64,000 nucleotides of DNA, from positions 420,677 to 484,676 of the forward strand of contig JAVBWO010000012.1 of NCBI GenBank assembly GCA_036677375.1, in the 5' to 3' direction. Positions 59,200-64,000 of this stretch are shown piece after piece. The notes below the pieces were generated by a model. It was given only the letters and a program-made list of their open reading frames with translations, did no database searches and had not been told where the DNA came from. Every line of letters starts with the position of its first letter. Position 1 is the stretch's first letter. The translations under genes were made by a program, and so were the position numbers. This DNA comes from Bacillota bacterium. Its GTDB lineage: Bacteria; Bacillota; Dehalobacteriia; UBA4068; UBA4997.

Positions 59200-59547
59200 T
59201 CAAGTGCCGCACGGGGGCTCCAATTCGTTTCGATCCAGATCAATCCAGCCTTCCTCCTCGTCAATATCGTATCGATGGGACCGGCGGTTCCTGGGACGCT
59301 GGGGTGGAATCTGATTGTTCAGCTCGACTAAGACCACATCCACGCCAATCTTTTTAATCTGCTGCCAAGCTATAATCAGCTCGTCGCCCCGGCTGAACAA
59401 GCCGAAAAAACGCCTTTCGCCCGGAAGCACCAAGGCCTTGATCTGTCCGGCGGCCAAATCAACTTCAATATCCCGCACCGGACCCAGCCTTTTGCCATCC
59501 TGTATGTTGACAATATCTTTGCTACGCAAATCCGATATCCGAAACAC
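59200..59547 (-). CDS. ylmC: YlmC/YmxH family sporulation PRC-barrel protein
   Basis: [33 protein letters not shown]. Confidence 0.92.
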   Translation of the reverse strand: MFRISDLRSKDIVNIQDGKRLGPVRDIEVDLAAGQIKALVLPGERRFFGLFSRGDELIIAWQQIKKIGVDVVLVELNNQIPPQRPRNRRSHRYDIDEEEGWIDLDRNELEPPCGT

Positions 59548-59570
59548 GAGCCATCCCTCCCCTTGTTTCT

Positions 59571-59600
59571 ATTATATGTATAAGCTCTCCCTAATCATGC
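59571..59600 (-). promoter_or_regulatory. Putative sigma-E promoter of ylmC
   Basis: Minus strand gcATG-N17-CATATAAT. Confidence 0.55.
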
Positions 59601-59682
59601 CCTTTCTGAAAAAAAAGAAGCATAATCTTTATTGTGTTCACCCGAATCAAATTTGCTGGGATATGAAAAGCCTGTACCATAT

Positions 59683-59717
59683 AAAAAAGAACCATATCTG
59701 AGATATGGTTCTTTTTT
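59683..59717 (-). terminator. Bidirectional terminator after spoIIR
   Basis: aaaaaagaaccatatc-tga-gatatggttctttttt. Confidence 0.85.
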
Positions 59718-59732
59718 ATTCAGGCGCCGCTA

Positions 59733-60350
59733 TTATTTGTCTTCATCCAAACTACCCAGGATTTTAAAGCGGATCTTGATCTGTTCGCTTCTGCCGTTAT
59801 TGCTCATAGCGGGAACGACCTGGGTTGACACTGTGCTGGCGCCGTCCATGAAACATAAAGGCGGGAAAAGCACGCACCACCAATTTTTACCTTCTCCTTT
59901 GCCTAAAATGATACGTAACGCGTCATAGTCCCCAGCCGCCAAGAACAACTGTCCATAGGTGCGGTCGGGAAATTCATAACGCCCAAACATGCCCTTGGCG
60001 CCATAACCAGCGTCCGCCACCGTCGCCGCGGCGACGCTTTCCAAAAGTGGAATATTATCTTTCACAATGGTTTCCGCTTCTGCCTTGGTCGTCGCTTTCT
60101 CTAAGAGCGGGGTAAGCGTTTCCACCACTTTATCCCGGACAGCCAGTTTCAAAAGCTGATCTTTGGGATCGTCGCTGTTAGCGATGATATGCAGCCGTAC
60201 CGGACCCGCATTGTCCTCCGCCGCCCCTTGGGTCGGCAGCGTTTCTCCCCCCGAAGTCATCAGATAGACTCCGCAAACCGCCAGAATACAGAGGGTGGCA
60301 AAGAAGATCAGCCGTTTCTTTTGATTGCTTCTTACGATTTTACCAAACAT
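59733..60350 (-). CDS. spoIIR: Stage II sporulation protein R
   Basis: VRLHIIANSD..DQ.LKLAVRD, FPDRTYG, LRIILGKGEGKNWWCVLFPPLCF. Confidence 0.95.
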   Translation of the reverse strand: MFGKIVRSNQKKRLIFFATLCILAVCGVYLMTSGGETLPTQGAAEDNAGPVRLHIIANSDDPKDQLLKLAVRDKVVETLTPLLEKATTKAEAETIVKDNIPLLESVAAATVADAGYGAKGMFGRYEFPDRTYGQLFLAAGDYDALRIILGKGEGKNWWCVLFPPLCFMDGASTVSTQVVPAMSNNGRSEQIKIRFKILGSLDEDK

Positions 60351-60362
60351 CTTTTTTCTCCT

Positions 60363-60590
60363 TTTTAATGCTCGTGAAGTCAGCGAAAGCTTTCCTTTTT
60401 TACGCTGCCCACGGCGGTCGATACAATTCTATTTTAACATTCTCGTTTTTAACGTTCGCGCATTTACTTTGACTTGTGCACTGCATTGTACCCGCGGACA
60501 GCTTTGTATTGATCGCTTAAATTAAATGCTCCCCTATTTTTAAGGTTCGCGTACTTACCTTTAATTTCTTTATAAGATCGTACTCGCAGA
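60363..60590. repeat. Second cluster of the same bipartite repeat (3 full units plus orphan box-A copies)
   Basis: Box A at 60363, 60447, 60538 (orphan at 60432); box B at 60406, 60489, 60581 (42-43 nt spacing). Confidence 0.78.
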
Positions 60591-60661
60591 TAACAGCGAG
60601 TAGCTTCCCCAAATTGAAACACTCAAACCCTTTTACTGTCTGTCCGTCTGCGCCAGCGCTT

Positions 60662-61435
60662 TTAAATAAATCGCCGCAGATTCATAAGAGCGCCTTTTTC
60701 CAGGCGGGAGACCTGGGCCTGGGAGATGCCGATTTCCTCGGCCACCTCCATCTGGGTCTTTCCTTCAAAAAACCGCAGATTGATGATTTTCTTTTCTCTG
60801 TCGCCCAAACGGCCCAAAGCGTCCTTGATGGCAATGCTTTGGGTCCACTGGCTTTCTCCAATGGTATCGTCCCTGACTTGATCCATCACGTAGATGGGAT
60901 CACCGCCGTCATTGTAGATGGGCTCAAAGAGGGATACCGGATCGGTGATAGCGTCTAAAGCAAAAACCACTTCCTCCACCGGCAGATCCATTGCCTTGGC
61001 GATTTCGTTGACAGAGGGTTCCCGGCCGCTTTCCGAAGCTAACTTGTCCCTGGCCTGCAAGGCTTTATAAGCTACATCACGAAGGGAACGTGAAACGCGG
61101 ATGCTGTTATTATCCCTCATATATCGGCGCACTTCTCCGATGATCATGGGTACAGCATAAGTTGAGAATCGGACGTTTTGACCTAAATCGAAGTTATCTA
61201 CCGCCTTAATCAAACCGATACAGCCTACCTGAAACAGATCGTCCGGATTCTCTCCCCGATTGATAAAACGCTGGATCACGCTGAGCACCAAACGCAGATT
61301 GCCGCTGATGATCTCTTGTCTGGCATGGCGGTTTCCTGCCTGCATTTCCACAAACAGCCGCCGCATGATCTCATTGGATAAAACAGGCAGCTTTGCCGTA
61401 TTGATCCCGCAAATTTCCACTTTGTTGCCTGCCAT
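60662..61435 (-). CDS. sigG: Sporulation sigma factor SigG
   Basis: NKVEICGINTAKLPVLS, DDLFQVGCIGLIKA, IRVSRSLRDVAYKAL, DPVSLFEPIYNDGGDPIYVMDQ. Confidence 0.97.
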   Translation of the reverse strand: MAGNKVEICGINTAKLPVLSNEIMRRLFVEMQAGNRHARQEIISGNLRLVLSVIQRFINRGENPDDLFQVGCIGLIKAVDNFDLGQNVRFSTYAVPMIIGEVRRYMRDNNSIRVSRSLRDVAYKALQARDKLASESGREPSVNEIAKAMDLPVEEVVFALDAITDPVSLFEPIYNDGGDPIYVMDQVRDDTIGESQWTQSIAIKDALGRLGDREKKIINLRFFEGKTQMEVAEEIGISQAQVSRLEKGALMNLRRFI

Positions 61436-61479
61436 ATTGGAAGCCCTCCCGGATCTTTTTATCATTCTTGGTCATAGGA

Positions 61480-61509
61480 GATTATTGCCCGGCAACAAGT
61501 TAAATATAC
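61480..61509 (-). promoter_or_regulatory. Sigma-F/G promoter of sigG
   Basis: Minus strand GTATA-N15-GGCAATAATC matches the SigF consensus. Confidence 0.72.
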
Positions 61510-61700
61510 TATAGAAGGCAAAATAAAAAATGACTTTCCTGATAAAAGAGCATTTCACGGAACAGGTTCTTTCAGTCTTCTTAAACCGGCCTATCACAAA
61601 GCGGCTGCTTTACATTGCGATCATCCGTTCCTACGTCCTCGCGCGGCTTTATGATCCGGCCCAAGCTGCGGCTGCTCGTCCTCATAGCTTTTAGGGTGTA

Positions 61701-61712
61701 TACGTGCGCCCT
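61701..61712 (+). other. Degenerate MOBQ-family oriT nic core
   Basis: TACGTGCGCCCT versus the RSF1010/pIP501-type core TAAGTGCGCCCT (1 mismatch), just downstream of the DUF3847-like relic. Confidence 0.6.
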
Positions 61713-61744
61713 TGTTACTAAGGCTATTGTTCCGTAGCTCCTCC

Positions 61745-62020
61745 CTAGGCTCGTTTTCTCAAAAACTCCTGTGCAGCCGTACTCTGTGCGATATGGTATC
61801 AAAAGTCCTTGCCCTCGGTTTCCGTCATTGTCTTCAGCTCTGGCACAATACTTTCCAGAAAGCCGCCGTATAGAAAAATCCGGTGATTTCTTTCCTTGCG
61901 AGCCTCGGCAGCAAGTTTGCGGTCAAGCATTTTGTTTCGGTTCTCGTACTGACGGATTTTCTGCTGTGTGCGCTTGATTTCGGCGTTGCAATCCTCAATG
62001 GTTTGGAGTAGCTTTTTGCT
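61745..62020 (-). pseudogene. DUF3847-like mobilization accessory protein, disrupted
   Basis: Manual translation KKLLQTIEDCNAEIKRTQQKIRQYENRNKMLDRKLAAEARKERNHRIFLYGGFLESIVPELKTMTETEGKDF*YHIAQ...; in-frame TGA at 61799-61801; no start codon after the AAGGAGG RBS. Confidence 0.65.
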
Positions 62021-62114
62021 CCTCCTTTTCTGATTTTGGATTAAAAAAGAGCAGCCGTTTCGTAAGAAATGACTGCTCTCGTTGGTGCTATTCAGTTATT
62101 TGTTCAATAGCGAT

Positions 62115-63125
62115 TTACTGATATAGGGTCGGGTCCGGCTCATAGAGCGCTTTTCCTTGCGCGTCGTAGATACTGGCCTCCATGCCCACCCACCAGTGGC
62201 TATCATCTATCGGTTCACCACTGTCGTTAACCTCCATACGGTCAATGATACATTAGTACAGAAGCCCGTTTCCATCCTCCATCTCTATATACAAAGTGAG
62301 TGTACTTCCAAATGGAATCTCATAGTCTTTGTCCAGCTCGTAGTAGAACGGACCTTCGGTGATGTGACCCTTCATTTGTGTTGCAGACTGCGCAGATGTC
62401 ATGTTTTCCGGTCTTGCACCACTCTCATTTTGGTAATTCTCAAAGAAGTCCTCGTTATCAAGGGGTATGCTTGTCCTACTTAACTCCACGCCATCCAGCA
62501 TCTCAACGAGCGTGACGCTCTTAATCTCACCTTCATCCTTGCAGCAGGCATCCACATTAATGACGCCCTCGCGATGATAGACATATACGCTGTCCTGCGT
62601 ACTGCCGGTTGCGCTGCCACTCAGGTATGCACTGACATTAGGGAGATAGTCGTATCGCGGTGAGAGATCCCAGTTCAACGCCTCGGTTTGTATGACTTCA
62701 CCCTCGTGGAATATAACCGTGGAGACATGTGTTTCGGCAAAAAGCGGTATCTCTATGTTTGCCGTAAATTCACCGCCATCACCTAATATCATTGAGTGCT
62801 CGACCCCATCTATAACGATGACAGCTTCGGTATTCGTTGTATACTTCTTTGGCGAAATGGCGCAGTTGAGCATCACTGTCTTAGCGTCAATATCCGCTTC
62901 ACCGAATTCCCATGAGTCGGCAGATAGGAGGCTGGCCTGTTCTGCCAAAGCATAGCTGACACTTGAAGATATATTGCCAATATTGTTGTTGACGGTGGAC
63001 ATTTGACTGCTGAGGCCGTTTTGAAGGTTTCTTACTTGTGATTTCAGAGAAGAAATTTGGAACAGACAAACGATCACCAGCAGACAGGCGACTGCTGCGA
63101 GGATGTCCGAGATGTTTTTTTTCAT
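62115..63125 (-). pseudogene. Membrane-anchored cargo protein of unknown function with a probable premature stop
   Basis: ATG at 63125 after GAAAGGAG; N-terminal TM and coiled coil; in-frame TAA at 62253-62255 followed by 45 more protein-like codons (CIIDRMEVNDSGEP...TLYQ*). Confidence 0.6.
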
Positions 63126-63262
63126 GGATGTACTCCTTTCTGTTAGGCATCGATGCTCTATGCGGAGCGCATCCACATAGATAAACATAGTAAGCTTATC
63201 ATGTTAAAGCGTCTTTGTCTATCTATCTGGCTAAACATTTCTGCGGCGACTTTGTAACTTTT

Positions 63263-63526
63263 TTACGAACACCTGCCTTGCCCATTGTTTAATCCGATGC
63301 GCTTCGCCGCTTCGCTTGCCGCCCTCCGTCGTTCTTCGCCATATGGCGCGGTCAGACGGAAAGAGAAGCGACCTTTTGCAATCAGCTTGCGCCTACCGAT
63401 TTTCAGCGTTGGAAAGTCCTCACTGACCAACAGATTGTACACCCCGGCTTTGGAGAAATGGAGCGCAGCGGCAAGCTGTTTGGCGTTCAGTACATCGGGT
63501 AGATATTCAAAAGACTCTTTTTTTAT
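63263..63526 (-). pseudogene. Excisionase-like (HTH_17) ORF with an ATA start, apparently fused to the tail of another element gene
   Basis: AAAGGAG RBS, then ATA AAA AAA GAG; LPDVLNAKQLAAALHFSKAGVYNLLVSEDFPTLKIGRRKLIAK joined to GRFSFRLTAPYGEERRRAASEAAKR. Confidence 0.6.
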
Positions 63527-63595
63527 TAACTACTCCTTTCCCACGTGAAAAAGCGGCAGCCACCATTTGGGCTGCTGCCGCCGGATTCTGCGTGT

Positions 63596-64000
63596 TCATT
63601 TGTCCAGATACTTTTGATATTCTAAGGTCACATAGTCCTCATAGGCATTTGATTCAGGCGATTCGTTTGCGTACTGCGCTGGCGGTCTGATACCCCGCCT
63701 TGTCAAAAATCTCCTGTTCCGTATAACCGTCCATGCGTAGCTTCAATATTTCCCGGTCTTTCTCTGCTCATACTTCTTTCAGCAAAAGCAGCAATCTGCA
63801 TTTCAGAAAGGACGGATTGCTCAAACTCGCCCCGTGAATCGGCAACCTCAAAAATATCTCCGTCCTCGCTCTCCATCATTTCATCCAGAGAGAGGGACTT
63901 GCCGGATTTATGCTTGGTCATGTAAACGATCAACTGATCCTGCCAATCTCCTTAGGATTTAAAGGCAAATCAGGCGTTTACGTCATTGGGTTTGCCGTTT
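63596..64000 (-). pseudogene. Sigma-70 region-4-like HTH protein of mobile elements, frameshifted
   Basis: SLSLDEMMESEDGDIFEVAD.. in one frame; EKDREILKLRMDGYTEQEIFDKAGYQTASAVRKRIA* in another; stops in the upstream part; GC hairpin at 63553-63581. Confidence 0.6.

Larger units (their letters stand above)
61560..64000 (-). mobile_element. Decayed integrative mobilizable element (MOBQ-type), continuing beyond the window
   Basis: Pseudogenes of sigma-70 region-4-like, excisionase-like and DUF3847-like proteins, a cargo gene with an internal stop, and a near-consensus MOBQ oriT; left boundary is approximate. Confidence 0.7.

Noticed and set aside
677-61514. Many plus-strand and alternate-frame ORFs overlapping real genes (e.g. 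677-1225, 14370-15104, 22370-23149, 24878-25633, 33980-34747, 43272-43886)
   Set aside because: Shadow ORFs of GC-rich coding sequence with no recognisable motifs.
61581-61802. 73-aa minus-strand ORF in the track
   Set aside because: Crosses the end of the DUF3847-like relic in another frame and the oriT; no RBS.
1-64000. tRNA or rRNA genes
   Set aside because: No cloverleaf or rRNA-like sequence was seen in the intergenic regions by eye.

Overview
Core-chromosome segment of an endospore-forming Bacillota (Clostridia-like) bacterium; almost all genes are on the minus strand. It holds yifB/comM (partial), a TsaD paralogue, nusB, amaP/asp23, the full spoIIIAA-AH operon, efp, rplS, trmD (fused to a second SPOUT methyltransferase), rimM, khpA, rpsP, ffh, ylxM, ftsY, smc, rnc, acpP, plsX, rpmF, ackA, ylbJ, rsmD, gpr, a SASP, recG, fakA, rpmB, mnmA, iscU, rarA, tcdA, rluD, lspA, a BlaI/BlaR1-like (M56) pair, pyrB, T-box-controlled ileS, ylmG-sepF-yggS, nrdR-nrdD-nrdG, ylmC, spoIIR and sigG. 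The last ~2.5 kb is a decayed MOBQ-type mobilizable element lying where sigE is normally found. The main unexplained structure is a family of ~54-bp non-coding repeats: box A TTTTAAYGTTCGCG, ~28 variable nt, then box B TACCCGCGG, with A-to-B spacing mostly 42 nt. They form a tandem array between nrdD and nrdG and a second cluster between sigG and spoIIR. In both places the last unit ends at the Shine-Dalgarno sequence of the downstream gene. All calls come from reading the sequence; no database searches were run.
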